This document shows positions 1-14,875 of a stretch of 64,000 nucleotides of DNA, in pieces. Source of the stretch: Chrysomallon squamiferum (taxonomy: Eukaryota > Animalia > Mollusca). Within the stretch, counting starts at the first letter, position 1. Each line of letters opens with the position of its first letter. The position numbers and the translations under genes were made by a program. The DNA is taken from contig CM022671.1 in assembly GCA_012295275.1 (NCBI GenBank), forward strand, positions 10,664,001-10,728,000, read 5' to 3'. The notes below the pieces were generated by a model. It saw only the letters and a list, made by a program, of their open reading frames with translations, ran no database searches and was not told the DNA's origin.

Positions 1-69
1 AATCAACAACACTAGATGGGTGGTGTCCATATTTTCAGCAGGTTTAAGGCATTCCAATACCATTGCCCA

Positions 70-920
70 AACTGTGCCCTGTAGTTGATAATCCATCCTA
101 GGCAGAAACAGTCCTGGTAATGCAGTCTCATTCCTGATATTCTGACGCATGACTATCCTGTTTGCTGACATCCATTTTAGATAGGGATTGTCTCCACCCT
201 CCTGTCTGTTCATTGATGAGTGTCATATTTACTGATAATTCCAGTTATTTGAAAATGTCTACTAAAATTTCAGTAAGTTAACAAATTGTACAATTAAAAT
301 TATAGCTTTATATTTCTTGGTAGTTAATTTCGCTTAAACATCCATGCAAGAGGTATTTAAGAAGCACTAGATAAAGAAAAACAAAAGGAATAATAATAAA
401 ATTTAAAACAAAAACTGTTTAATGCACTCTAATGTAATGTAAACTTAAAATATTTAATTCTTTGATGATCTGGTCAGGAATAGTGACTGACCAGTAGATA
501 ACTGGAATGGTGTCATTTTTCCTGTAGGGCAGACAGATCATCAGAGATTTAATAATAATAACTTTGAAAAATCTTTTGTCTATTTCTCTTGCCTAACAGC
601 ACAAGTCTTTCTACTCTGTGATGGTCTGTGCAGTAGCAGTGAATGACCAGTGAATAATCTGGAATACATTCATTACTCCTGTGGGGCAGACAGATCATTG
701 GAGAGCTTTCACTTCTCATTTTATTCCAATTTATCAATTTAGATTCAGAATGATAGGTGTCTTCAAAACATTAAATTTATCACATAAACATTTTACTTAT
801 CAAACACTTGCTATGCTGCACTAATTGATAAACAGATAGAAGGGTTACATCCATAATCTGATATGCCTAGTGTGTAAATATGACACTTCCACCAATGGGG
901 AGCATAACAGTGATATGTTT
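70..920 (+). repeat. Diverged direct duplicate of 3730-4620
   Basis: Shared blocks ccattttaga..., ccaccctcctgtctg, cctgt(a/g)gggcagacagatca (twice in each copy) and gtaaatatgacactt. Confidence 0.85.
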
Positions 921-3729
921 TGTTTAAATTTATCAATAAAATCTTGAGAAAGTGCAGTATGCTCATTATATTTTCATTTGTAAGAAAACAAACATTATAA
1001 GTTTTGAACTGTCATGCGTCAATATGCTGGTTGACCAGCCAAGTGTGCTGTAATACCAAAACAGTTGGGGATTATAGTCTACATATCCCTTTAAGTCATT
1101 ACATATTAAAACAGAAAGTAAACCTTAAAAAATTATATATATATACTTTATTTAATATGGGGTAATTTAGTTACATTTTCAATATATTTTAAAGTTTCAT
1201 TCTTATCATTATTATTTAAAGCAGCAATACAAAAAAAGTTACAAATGAAAAGGGAAATCATTGTCAGTTTAAAAATCTCTTTGTTTCAAACAAGAAAATA
1301 AATTAACATTAAAATTTACAACTTTGTCTGATGTGCTTATTTCTAATCCCTGACAGGTATAACATTTATATTCTATGGTGATATAATTACTTTTTTCATC
1401 ATATTATCATTTACTTAATGTTAGCTAGAATACTTATAAATATTGCATTTAAAATTAAAATTAAACTTTTTACAAAATAGTAAATTTTAATGTCATGTTT
1501 ACTTTTCAAAGATATATTATTAGTATTATTATTAGTATTATTATTATAATTAGAATTTTTTTTTTTGTTCATGATTTAAATACTTAAGGATATATATCAG
1601 TAATTATTCTATATTTCATGCAGTAACATTTTGTAAAGTAATTATAGTAAAACATGAATTTCAAGCTAGGTGACATTATTTCAAATATAAAACATTGCTG
1701 TGGCTATTTCTAATAACTAACAAGTATGAGATTTCAATTTAATGTTTTTATTATTTAATTAAGTAGCTGCCTTAGTTATTATAACTAAAATAATGTGTTT
1801 AAAAGAGAATACCTTAAATATTGTTTTAATGATTTTATATATGATAAAATATTGATATAAATATACTGATTTAGAAACCATTTCTGTTTATAGTATACTG
1901 AAATGAATGAATGAATGCTTTTTTCTCTTTCTTTTTTTCTAAGAAATAAAGAAAAGAAAAGAAACGAAAAGAAAAGAACTAATAGTAGCTACTTTATGGA
2001 AAATCTATATAATATCTATAAGTAAAAGAATAAAGTATTAAATATTAATGTTAATTTAGTTTTATAAAATATAATACAGAACATGCATTAAAAAGTTTTT
2101 AGTTGATGAGTTGTTTATGTAAACATTATGACAATAAGAATGACAATAAATTCAATGAATCGATGAAACAAATTTAGGCATTTTGCACTGTAGAAAAATG
2201 TAAGGGGAATTTTCCAAAAATTTAAAATGATGAATACAGAAGAAAACAAAGAAAAGTAATATAAGATTGAGGTTTTAAATGGATTATTTGTAAAAAAAAA
2301 AAAAATAATAAAAAAAAAAAAAAATCATTGAGTAGAAATTACTGATTCTGTGTAAAGCAAAATCAAAGAAAAGGAATGTTTTCCAGCCTTAGAAATAAAT
2401 ACAGATTTAGATATCCTATTCATTTTTTTAAAGCAATTCAAAATTATTTAGGATAGGTATTAGCAGACGATAGTATTTAATCTCTTGAGTAGCTGCAGTA
2501 TCTGCTATACTGGTCAGGTTTGACTTCCCATGTACAAACACTGACAGATTAGTTGTCACTGTACAAATTCCAGTGAATTTCCTCATTGTCATCAGTCCTA
2601 TACTGGATATCATCTACTTCTAACATATGTTTGCATTAGATAAACACTTGGTAGTGAAGAGGTTAAATTCTGGGTACACTGTTACTGGTAATGGTTGCAA
2701 TAGTTTCTAAATAATTTCAGTCCTCAGGGAACAGATATTTAATAAGCATTTAGTAAACAATAAAAGTATATTTAATATAATGTGAACTAACAGTTAAAAC
2801 ATTTTAATTCTCAGACAATCTGGGCAGGAGACAGATCAGCAGATTTATTATATAAAATAATAATTACTGATAATGGTTGTAATATAACTGAAAAGAAGTT
2901 AGGTTACTGAATAAAAATAAGTTCATCAGATTTAAACTTTATGGTATTCAAGTTCTGGTTTCTATAATCTAGCAAGTGAATAGAAGTGAAGTTAGTAGAA
3001 ATAAATACATCCGAGTTAGATTTATATTTTCAGTAAGGGTTTGGAGTTCACTAACAATTCGTGTAAACCAACACATAAACAGTCATCAGTGAAAAACAAA
3101 ACAAAGAAAAATAAAAAGTAATAACACTAAATACTAAAAGCAATTGAATAGCAGATAGATAGTTATTTGGGAGCTTTAAAATTTATATATAATAAAGAAT
3201 TAAACATGAAAAAATGCTCACAAGATGGAAAGAAAGATCTTTGTATTAAGTTTAAATTGTTGGTTACCGTAGTAAAGTATCTGAACTGAAGTAATGTTAA
3301 TTACTAGTAATAAGTACATCTGGCATAAATTTTACTTTTTTGAAATTCTCAATTACAATATGTAGATTAAATTAAACAAAAGGAAATAATATTAGTGTTT
3401 TTTTTAAAAGATCAACAAACTTGACATTATTTAAATTATGTACAGTGATGAAATACTAAGTACTGTTAGATTTATTTTAATGTATTCTACGTTTGGCCAT
3501 TCAACACAAACCAAGAATAGTCTCGGTTTCTTTTAACAATCATTGATGAGATCAGACTCATGCACACTTTTTGATATTTTTAAGCAATGTTGCATTTTGT
3601 AATACTATATTTATAAATTCAGAAGTTTCTAATCAGATCTATAAAATTCAACAGATAAAACTATTATATAAGAAAACAGTTGAACGAAAGCTGAGTTGGT
3701 TGCTTGAAATAAGCACATTTCATTAAAGC

Positions 3730-4620
3730 TGTGCCCCATAAATGGTGTAACCACCCTAGATAAAACAGTCCTGTGAATGTAGTCTAATCCCTGATAATTC
3801 TGATGCTTGACTATCGTGTTTTGCTGACCTTTTGAAACATCCATTTTAGATTGTGATTGTTTCCACCCTCCTGTCTGCTGATTGATGTGTGTCATACTTA
3901 CTGATAATTCTGGTTCTTATTTGAAAATGTCTACTAAAATTTCAATTTTGATATCAAATTCTACTATCAAAATCATAGATTCATATTTCTTGCTAGTTAA
4001 TTTCATTTGTGCATTCATACAAGAGGTATCTAAGAAGCACTAGATAAAAAATAATAAGAAAAAAAAAAAAACAATAATAAAATTAAAAAAAAAAAAAAAA
4101 AACTTTTTAATGCACTGTTTAAGAAGCACTGCAAAAAGAAACTGTTAAAAAAACTGTTTAATTAAACTTAAATATTTTAATTCTTTGATGATCTGGGCAG
4201 GAATAGTGACTGACTGATACATAACTGGAATGAATGACGTTATTGTTCCTGTAGGGCAGACAGATCACCAGAGAATTACAGCACAATTCTTTCTTCTCTA
4301 TGATGGTCTGTGCAGTAGCAGTGAATGACCAGAGAATAATCTGGAACAAATTCATTACTCCTGTGGGGCAGACAGATCATTGTAGAGCTTTCACTTTTAA
4401 CTGTGGTACAGTACCAGTCTCCTCATTAAGATTCAGTCTGATAAGTATCTATTAGAACATAAGTATGTTTATAGTATTAGCATTTTACTTATTAAGTGCT
4501 TACTATGATGCACTAATTGTTAAGCACATAGAACAGTGAGAGCCAGAATTTAACATCCCTAATCTGTAAATATGACACTTTTCCTCCAGTGAATAGGATG
4601 ATGGTGGCATGGTTTTTGAA
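3730..4620 (+). repeat. Diverged direct duplicate of 70-920
   Basis: Same shared blocks as 70-920. Confidence 0.85.
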
Positions 4621-7600
4621 TCTTTGAATTTAGTATTTCAGTTTTGCATTTTTTTAATTTATTTATTTATTTATGACAAAAACCATATTAAATTACTGAT
4701 AATTATCTGGTGAAATCTTACATGCCTAAACCATGTAATCATAATTATTGTATTGGAATGGTAAAATTCCCCATATAATATTTGCTTCAAATTAACTAAT
4801 ATTTCCTATTTTAAAATAACAATATTACAATTTCAGTAATGAGCTAGGTTATGTAATATATACTGATTTGGAGAGGTTAAAATACATATATTCCATGAAT
4901 ATTTTTTTAATATTAAAAGATGTTACTAGGTGTTAATTGTTTAAATTTTACAGCTTTTTCTGATGTGCTTATTTCAAATTGCCAACAAGTTTAAGATTTC
5001 TATGCTACTGTGATATATTTGTTTTTTCATATTTCATTTTTGTCATAATATCATTTGATTAAAGTTACTAAAGTTAATACTGACAAATATTGCATTCATC
5101 TTATTATTTAAGTTGTCATATAATTTTTCACTATTACATTTAATTTATGGTAGCTACTATATACTTTCATAGTGATATTACTGTGTTGGACAAAAAAAAA
5201 AAAAAAATTTCAGTTAACAAATATATCTTAAAATAACCATAATTGTTACAATAACAATAATTATCTAGATTAATTAATATTTATTGCATTGGATTGGATA
5301 AAACACTCACACACACAAAATAAAATAAAATAAAACAAGTAAACATTTGTTTCAAATTAACGAATATTTCTAACATTAACATAGTCACATTATAATATCA
5401 GTAATTAGGCATTTCTTTAATATTTATTATACTAAAGTGGTTAAAAAATGATAATTAAAACAAAATAAATGAATGTTGCTGTTACTAAAAAAATCACTTT
5501 ATAGCAGGTAGATGTCAGTGCTTTAAAATTCACAATTTTGTCTGATGTGAATATATCTAATCACTGTGTAGTACATGATTTATATTCTATAGACATATTC
5601 CCTAACTGTTGTCATTTTCATCATATTATCCTTTGATTGATGTTACTACAATACTTTCAAATACCGTATTAAAACATAAAAATAAAATTTTCATAAAATA
5701 ACAAATTTTAATGTTATGTTTATTTTTTTATAAAATTCAGTTTAGGTAACATAAAACACAAAACCTTTGTTTAAATGAATAAATTAAATCAGTTGGTTAA
5801 AATCACATCTTCATAAAGGAAACTTCTGCTTAAGACACTTTGTAGAATTTGGAGCTTGGAGTCTTTTACTCTTTTGTGTATTACTAACAGTAAATAATTT
5901 TAACAATTAAATGGACAAGTTTTCATTTTTTATTATGATGTTTTAAATAATTAAGAATATCTCTATCTCTAATTATTCTATATTTGATCCAGTAACATTA
6001 CTAAATTAACCTTATTAAAATACTAGGTGTCATCATTTCAAATTTACAATTCTGTCTCCTGTGATTATTCCTAATAAGTAACAAGTATTAGAGATAAAAT
6101 TCAACTGTAATAACTATAAATTTTGGGATTATATCAATCAATTAAAGTAGCTGCCTGAGAGATATTTAAATTTTTCTGTAATATAATTTAATGGTATGAT
6201 AAAATATTTTGATAAACATACTGATTTACAAAGCTTTTCTGTTTAACAGACAAATGAATTAATAAATCAATTAAAGAATAACACAAAATATCATGCTGTG
6301 ATACATGCAGCTCAACGTTTATATTGTGTTTAAAATATATTTGCATTTGCTTCAAAACTACTATTACCACATGATTTCTTTTAAAGACATAATAAATGTT
6401 AACAGTAATTGCATCCACCCAGATTGAGACCAGTGCCGTGATACTGAGTGATGGTTTTTATGTCTCAATACAACTAATCATACCAGTTACTGGTAATAAG
6501 CTAAAATGTACAGTTTTGTCTGGTGAGCTTATTTCATTTAATTTCTACAATAAATTCATTTTACTAGACAGATGCACATAAAATAAAATATTGCCAAATA
6601 ACGAAGTAGTTTCTTGTCATCAGCAACGACAATTAAGATAATTAAAAAAAAAAAAAAATACATCAAAAATTGAAAATATACAACTTACTCTCATGAGCTT
6701 GTTTCTAATAACTAAAAAGTAATATTAGTGGTATAATGATGTAGATCTTCATGTTTATTGTCACTATATATAACTCTTTTTAGCTACCAAACTGCCATTA
6801 TTACAAAAAGAAAAATGACTAAATATTAATTTTTTTCCCTTTTATAGCAAAGTTAATTTTTTATTTCTTTATAATATATAAATGATGAAACAATTTGTTT
6901 GGTTATAAATACATAGTTTGTGTCATGTCTTAAGAAGGTACAAGTTGTACTTGGTTTTTCCTAACATTTAACATTAAACCAATTTAAAAGATATAAACTA
7001 ACTTCAGAACTAATGCATCTGTATCTTAGTCATTCATATTTTCTGGGATTTTATTGTTTCCATTTACCTTTTTGAATATATTCCTACCAGTTGTCACCTT
7101 TATTAAAAATCATTTAAATCTTCATTCACATTTAATGCTGGTTAAAAAAGACAAAGGTCACATTTAACCTTAATTCAATAAATAAATAAATAAATAAATA
7201 AATAAATTACCTATGTTACATTATCAGTAACTAGCTAGGCATCTGTCTCTGGTGTGCTTATTTCTAAAAATTATCAAGTGCTACATTTAAATCATCCTGT
7301 GACATAACTTTCCTCTGATTATTCCATCTTCATTATTTTAGATATTGAATTTAAAATTGTTACTTTTATTTTAGATAAAACATTACAATAAAGTTTTGAT
7401 CATGTATTAAATATTGATATATTGTGACTAGATTTAATTTGAATAAAGTTATTATTATAATATATAAAAAGACCTAGACAGCCTTTTCTCTCTCATTGTA
7501 AGCTATTTATTTAATTGGTGCTGGTTAAAATAGATTAAGTTAGAAGTTCTGTCAAAGAATCAGCAGGGTAAAAATTCACATAAATGTGCTTCTAAACATT

Positions 7601-7654
7601 GTACTGTTAACCATAAGTAATGTTTTTAAAAATATGTATATCACTACTAATTCA

Positions 7655-7815
7655 TCCACCCTCATGAGACTGGTACCTTGTTGTGGTGGGGTGGCTTGAG
7701 AGTCTCGAGGACCCAGAGAGCTATGCCGGCTGGAGTATCAACTCCTGATAGGTCTAACCATGTCGGAAAGGTCAAAGGAGAGAGTCCAGACAAAAGTCAG
7801 TCTCCCAGCCCTACT
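7655..7815 (+). mobile_element. 5' end fragment of an RTE-clade LINE (Expander/BovB-like 5' UTR)
   Basis: A GC-rich island, ccttgttgtggtggggtggcttg...gaccc.gagagctatgcc...aggtcaaagg...ccagac, that matches the RTE 5'-terminal pattern as I recall it. Confidence 0.6.
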
Positions 7816-10800
7816 TCTTAAGAGAGTTTGGCTATCCTTTTATCTGCTAGTTTTTAGTTAAGTTTTAAGCCAAGGTTTATTTTAATTTTTTAAATGATAA
7901 GTAACTGATTTTACATCACAAATAATCAGGTTAATGAAAATATACAACTGTCTGGTGTGCTTATTTCTAACAACTAATAAACTTAAGAGAATATCACATT
8001 AATCATAATGTACTGGATGAGATTTTGGAGGATTTTATTTGTCCAGTTCTTACTTCATTTAGAATTGCTGCATTGGAAGTTCTAATAAAGATAATATTAT
8101 TATTATTTTTTCATTATTATCAAAGCATCATCATGTGTGAAGTCTTCACCATAAAGAACAAAAAACAAACAAAAACAATTATTTAACTGTTACGTACAAG
8201 TTTGTCTGGTGTGCTTATTTCTATGATCTAAACTGGCTTGTATTTTATTTAGTGCATTTAATTCTTCATTAAACAAAAAAATAAAATTAGTGACTATTTT
8301 ATTTATAAAATATGAAAAAACTCTAAATTGAATTAGTTCCAAATGAAGCTGTTAAAATATTTCAAAAATTGATTTCTCATCAGCTAACCTTCATTTTAAA
8401 TAATAAGTAATAATGATAGAGCTAAGTAAGACACATATAAATTGTTCTTCTAAAGGGTTTTTTAAATGTGGAGTTTTTTATTTAATTTTTATTATTATTT
8501 TCTTTTTTTTATTATATCAGGTTTTTCTCCTAAGTACTTACACATTAAATGATCAAAAATTATTTCAAAGTAACCATATTTCATCTGTTAGTAATTAAAT
8601 ATAAAAATATATATATTGCTGTTAATTATTTATTATAAATTACCATCTTCCTCTAAAGATTTTAGTTTTTGTCATTTGTTTGTTAACTGGGTGATTTTCT
8701 CAATAATTTTAATACTGAGAAATACAAAATAAGAAAACAAATATGAAATCTATTTTTGTTATTACATATATTTTTTGTAATTTCTACATAATTTCAGAAA
8801 ATAAATATCAGAGCTTTTGGGGTAGGTTTGTCTTATTTAAAATCAATGATGTTACATACCAGCAATTAGCATGACTTACATTAAAGTTAAAACTTTGATT
8901 AGTTTCCAGAATAATTGAAGATGTTTAGATTTGTATTTTCACTGTTACCATTATACCCATTGGTTCTTGAAACTTCAAAAAAAAAAAAAAAAAAAAAACC
9001 CTCAAGTTATTATTTTGAAACATTTTGCACACCTCAGGTTTGAATTTCAGATTTCCTATAATATAGTAAGTCAAAATGTAAAATGTATTAGTAGCATAGA
9101 TTACAGACAGGTAGTTTCATATTAGTAACCTCTTTTTCATTTTCGCTTTTTGTTTTGTCTTACTTTTCCTGTTTTACATTATAAATTTTCTTTTATCAAA
9201 CTTGAATAATATTTTTGAGATTTCAGTTTGTTTTCCTGAGCTCATTTTTTAAGTGCTTTTGTTCACATGCATATGTTCATTTCATTGTAATACTTGAATA
9301 CTGAAACAGTCAATTTTCATTCTTTTAGTTTCCATTCTATAGAATACTTCATCATTTGGGTGTTTATGAAAATTGGGTAAAGCATGTTCATAAAACTTTT
9401 TTCTAATTTAATTTTATTATTATTATTATTTAATAGAAAATTCAGTTAGCCAAGAATACATGTTAATTTGTTTTCTCTAATTTCATCTTGCTGGTTAGAA
9501 ACAGAAGGTATGTTAAAGTTTGCAAAACATCACTTTTGAAACTCACTGGAATGTTAACTGACTATCTTCTTTTGAAAGAAACTGCAGTCTCAACTGACCA
9601 TCTTTCTAAAATCACTGCTATGTTAAATGATCATCTTTCTAAAGTCAGTGCAATGTTGATACATCTTCTTTCTGATGCAACAGTATTTTTAAATATCAGT
9701 CTTACTCTGTTATCTTTCTCATTTTTCTATTTCATTTCTGTGTTCTGGCAATTCAGTGGTGGTGCCCTGTTGTTTTCCTAGAACACAGTTTAAAAAGATA
9801 ATTTAAGCCTGTTTATTCCTTAATGCTCTGACTGAGCCATTTCAAAATCCAGTCAGTGTTCTGTGAGTTGTTTGTCAACTTTTCTCTTTCTTATTACATT
9901 CTGATACGTCAGTAAAGTTTTGTTCATTCATTCTATAAATTGTAATATTTTATTAAACTTTTAGTTTATTTAAGATAATTTAGTCCTTCATAATAAAAAC
10001 TGTGATCTTACCCATTCAACTTTCTCATTTTGTGTTCCCCAACTGTATGATCATTTTATTTACTTCTTTTCACTAAAATGTGTTACAGAAATTCTGTAAA
10101 AATGATTGCTTCTGGAAAGACAGTAATTCTTGTGTACCTTTAGTGACCCCTATAATAGTTAGAAGTCTAGAGTTATCTTGTTCCTAACTACTTTAGGTGG
10201 TTCAGTCCACTGACCCACAATTTAAGCCCCTTTCTGGCATAGCAAGGTTTCATTGGCCAAATGCAATGAGTGGATATAATTTCCTTTCTGCTGTTAGGTA
10301 CTTGCTATTTTTCTGAAATGGCAACAATGTCTAATTCTGAGTTTAAGCAGTCATTTCCATTACACTGAGTATGTTCTGATAAGATTTAATTTCACTTTTT
10401 AAAAATCAGATTTCAAAAATAGATTGTTTATGATATATACCACACCAGTGAATTATGGAATTCTACTCAAAAAGAAAAAGCCATATTCATGACAGGATGT
10501 GAACTAACTGAAGTAGAGTGCAGAGGTCATGTTTTAAAGCTGTTCTCTAGGTTCTTGCTCATTTGCTGGGATCATTCAAAAATCATTTTACTATCCTTCT
10601 TTAGCTCGTTCTTTCTTTAATATTGTTCTACAGTAACTTGCTGTTCTGGGAATTCAGGATTACTGCCCCATTCTCTTTGCCCAGAACTGAAAGTTACTAG
10701 GGAATACTCTACTTTCACTACAAAGTCTTTTAATTACTTCTTGGTTTAATTCACTGTTAAAGTTTTTCAGCAACACAATTCTTTAAGTTTAAATGATTTT

Positions 10801-11187
10801 CCTTCCACCTTTCTGTTAGTAAATCAATGGGTCCCAGCAAAATTCTGTCAGTTTTGGATTCCTTTAGGAATATTCTTCATCTGTTACAAGAAAATGAACA
10901 GCTTCTGCAAAAATTCTCTCTGCTTTTCTTACTGAAAGTCAAGTTACAATATCCTTTTCTGTATAAACAATTCTCTGAAGGAACAATAAGGAAAACTGTC
11001 CAAATTACTGGACAGTTTTAGTTCCAAACAGCATACTAAAAAACTTAGTTGTCATCAATGTTTATGTATAGACACGGAAAACTAGGAAAACAGAAAGAAG
11101 AGAAGAGAAAAATGTGGAATAGCATTAAAAATTCAAACTCAGAAAAACTAATGTTCTAAAAATCTTAGTATCATTAAAAAACACACT

Positions 11188-11190
<3 letters not shown>

Positions 11191-11232
<42 letters not shown>
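11191..11232 (+). repeat. (CA)n microsatellite
   Basis: Seen directly. Confidence 0.97.
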
Positions 11233-11237
<5 letters not shown>

Positions 11238-11359
11238 ACACAATCAGTTAATGCATTCTCTTTCTGGACACAGTTAACACATGAACAAAATAAATGTTAA
11301 AATTGTCAGTTAATTATTCTCTTTCTGGACACAGTTAACCACTCTTAACAAATGTTAAG

Positions 11360-11515
<156 letters not shown>

Positions 11516-13689
11516 TTCTTTTGTTAGAAAAGTAAAAGTTCCCTTTTCTCTTTATGTTGTTTACTGCATCATTTTCTATGTCTTCTCCATTACTGGAAAT
11601 TGAGCTTGGATTTATTAAAATCAATGTCACTTACACCAAATTTAATAAAACAATTTTTGAAAACATTGATCAATTCATAAGTGTGATTTCTATTCATTAT
11701 CAATTACACTTTGTTCTATGCTAGAACACCTCGTGAATATTCATTCTAAATTTTATTTATTTATTTTTTTATTTATTTAATTAATTAAAAACAAAAGCAA
11801 TCTTTGTAAATTTGAATGGTTTATTGTAACATTTTTTTTTTTAAACTGTTGATTTACAGTTAAAGGACAATTATCAGTATTTTGCTTTTTTTATTTTTTT
11901 TTTCTCCTGTACTTAGAAAAATCATCAGATGTATTACTTCTTTCAGCATTTTTATTTTTAATATGAAAATAAAGCTATGCACTGCTGAATGTAAATGGTT
12001 TATACAAAACCATAGAGCAACTATTGAGAATGTATGATTTATTGTTAATTATCTTTATATTTTGTGTCATTTACTCATTTTTAATGTTTTTATAACCAGT
12101 AACCATTGAGAATGTATAATTTTATTGACAACTTACATTTTGTGACAAATTCCTAATTTTTTATGTTTTTTAATCGGTAAACATGTTTACTGTTTTTACA
12201 TGTATATTGTGTTATCTTAACCAACTTTTTACAAAATGCACTCTTTATTTTATTGCCCATAATGCATTTTACATTGTTTGCTAAACAATTTAAATTTTTT
12301 AATAATTTATATTTTAAATTTGTATCTTTTTAAAACAATATTTGGTTGTGCCAAATAAGTTTTCTATTGTTTGAAACCTGTATTATACCCAGTACATTTA
12401 TATTCTGATAATAGTACTAGTACTATTACACTGTTATACTGAAAATATTTCAATAAATGGCTTAATTGAATTTCTTGTTTGTTGTTATTAGTATAGTTAT
12501 GTGTGCACAAATTAATTTTCAGCTTACAGAGTGTAATTTTATAAATAACAAATACAAATGGTTTTTGATGTGTTTATGATTTGACACATCAATTGAAATA
12601 GTTTCATTGTTTCGTGAAAGAATATATGCTGGCATTAAAGTCAGTTAAGTAAAGAAACACCTAAAACACTGACGTCTATACATAAAATATTTTAAGAGGA
12701 CTGACAATCTTGACAACAGTCATACCCTTGGATCAGTCTGTTGTTAAAACAATTTCTGGGATTCATAAATGATATTGCATGAAATGTAATGAATGAAACA
12801 TGAATCAAAGTTCAACAAACTTGATTATTCTATTGATGACTGGTACTGGGATGATCTTCAAGTCATACTGACAGATATCATAGAAGAAATGAATAACATT
12901 TGTTTGAATATACATTTAGGAAGGAATTTACAATCAAAGAATAATCAGTCAAAGAATAATCAATCAAAGAATAATCAATCAATCTATTAAAAGAAGAAAG
13001 AAAGTATTTTACAAAAGTTAAAATGTTATTTTCAAATAGCCCAAATCTGATGCATTAACACTAATAGATCATATATTTAAATTATTTCAGATCATATTAT
13101 TTTACAACTTAAATCATGAAAAGAAAAAGAAACATAGGCTATCAAAATATTCTCTTAATTTTAAAAATAATAAATGTAAACACAACATCTAACGGTAAAG
13201 ATTTCATTTATCACCATTATTACTTAGCATTTGTTTGATTATTGTTGTTGTTGTTGTTTTTAGTTTATTCTTAGTATTTTATCATTTTTTCTTTATTAAC
13301 TTGTGCATTATATAGATACTTCTCCTATTAGTGATATTTGAATGTAAAAGTTATTTCTCTTAGACCAATTTATTTAGAAAGAGAATCATGAATATATTGC
13401 TAGACATTTTGATGTCCATTAACAAGAAAGGAAAAAAGATGGATAAATATTCTGTTAAAGAGGTTCTATAAATCTGGAGTGTTTACTTTTTTCTGCATTT
13501 TTTCTTCAGTAATCAGGGCTGTTTCATCTAAATACATGTAGAATAATCATTTAAAGTTACCATATTTCATCCATTAAAAAATATATTGCTGTTAATTATA
13601 AATTATTGTCTTCTTTGAAAGACTCTTCATACAATATGGATCTTTGATGGATTTCAGTTTTTGGGTTTTTTTATTTGTTTTGAAGATAA

Positions 13690-14740
13690 TCTGACAACAG
13701 TCTGAATCTGATTCTGTTATGTTGTGTACAGATAACAAAATAATCACCTGCTACATCTTGAGTGGAATGTCTGAGAAAAATCACCTAAAATTAGGTATTG
13801 CTAAACAGTTTGTAGATAACTGATGAAAGCTGCCTAAATCAAATTTATACATAATGTCAGAAACATCAGCCTAAATCAAACATTGCTATGAACTAGCAAA
13901 GTAACCCAAGTTAGATATTTTGTATGATGTGGAGAATATCCAACGAAACAAAACAATATCCAGTTTGCGAACCTGAATCAGTTACTGATGTACAGTCTAA
14001 TCAAGAGAAAGTCAGTTCACACAGACATTGCTTTGAAGTGTGATAAATCATCAAAACAACCTGAACTAGAAGATACTATTATGACATGTAGATCATTTAA
14101 GAAAACATATAAACAATTTAAATTATATACTGTTGAACAGTTTATAGATAATCTAAGAAAAGAACATGAAACCAATGTTATCATTTGAAGATAATCCAAG
14201 AAAATGACCTGAATTAGATATTCTTAGTAAAGTTGCAGATAAAACAACAAAAAAAGCTAAAGCAGGTATTATCATCCATTTTGTAAATAATCTATGATAT
14301 TAATCTGAATCAGAAACTGTTATCTAGTATCTAGATATTCCAGCAAAACAATCAATCTAAATTACATACTGTTATAAGTATTGTGGATTATCTAAAAACT
14401 ATCCAGATTAGATAGTTGTACAGTTTGTAATTGATCTATGAACACCAAAATCACACATTGCTGTCAAGTGTATATAATCATGTAAAACAAACTAAAACAG
14501 ATATTGCGTCTAACAAAACAACCTCATCAGATTGTGTTATCTGGTGTATTCAAAGAGAAGAACATGAATCATGTGCTGTAAACAAGTGTGTAGATAATAC
14601 AACAAAGTGACAGATAATTATTCAACGTATACACAATCCAACAAACACATCCTGATACTGTTAACAAATATTAGACAATCTATGAAAACAACCCAAATTA
14701 GATATTGATATCAAGTGTATGGAAAATCAAATCAAAATAA
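13690..14740 (+). repeat. Old degenerate ~45-bp tandem repeat (mirror at about 41560-42620)
   Basis: Recurrent approximate unit aaacaacctaaatcagatattgttatcaagtgtgtagataatct. Confidence 0.6.
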
Positions 14741-14749
14741 CATGAAACA

Positions 14750-14875
14750 TTTATTTTTACATGTTTATTTCATTTCATTTAAAAAAAAAATAATTTAAGA
14801 TGTTTTATTTTAAAGGTTATGCGGGTGTGGATTTGGATAACAGGTTTTTTTAATCCACTGATGGATCAGATAAAA
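14750..14875 (+). repeat. Partial duplicate of lectin exon 2 plus upstream intron (mirror at about 41412-41550)
   Basis: tttaagatgttttattttaaaggttatgcgggtgtggatttggataacag repeats 15721-15770. Confidence 0.85.

Noticed and set aside
12700-12990. Pogo/Tigger-like fragment (TTVIPLDQSVVKT) and ORF 12793..12990
   Set aside because: Only a single short motif, which is not enough to call.
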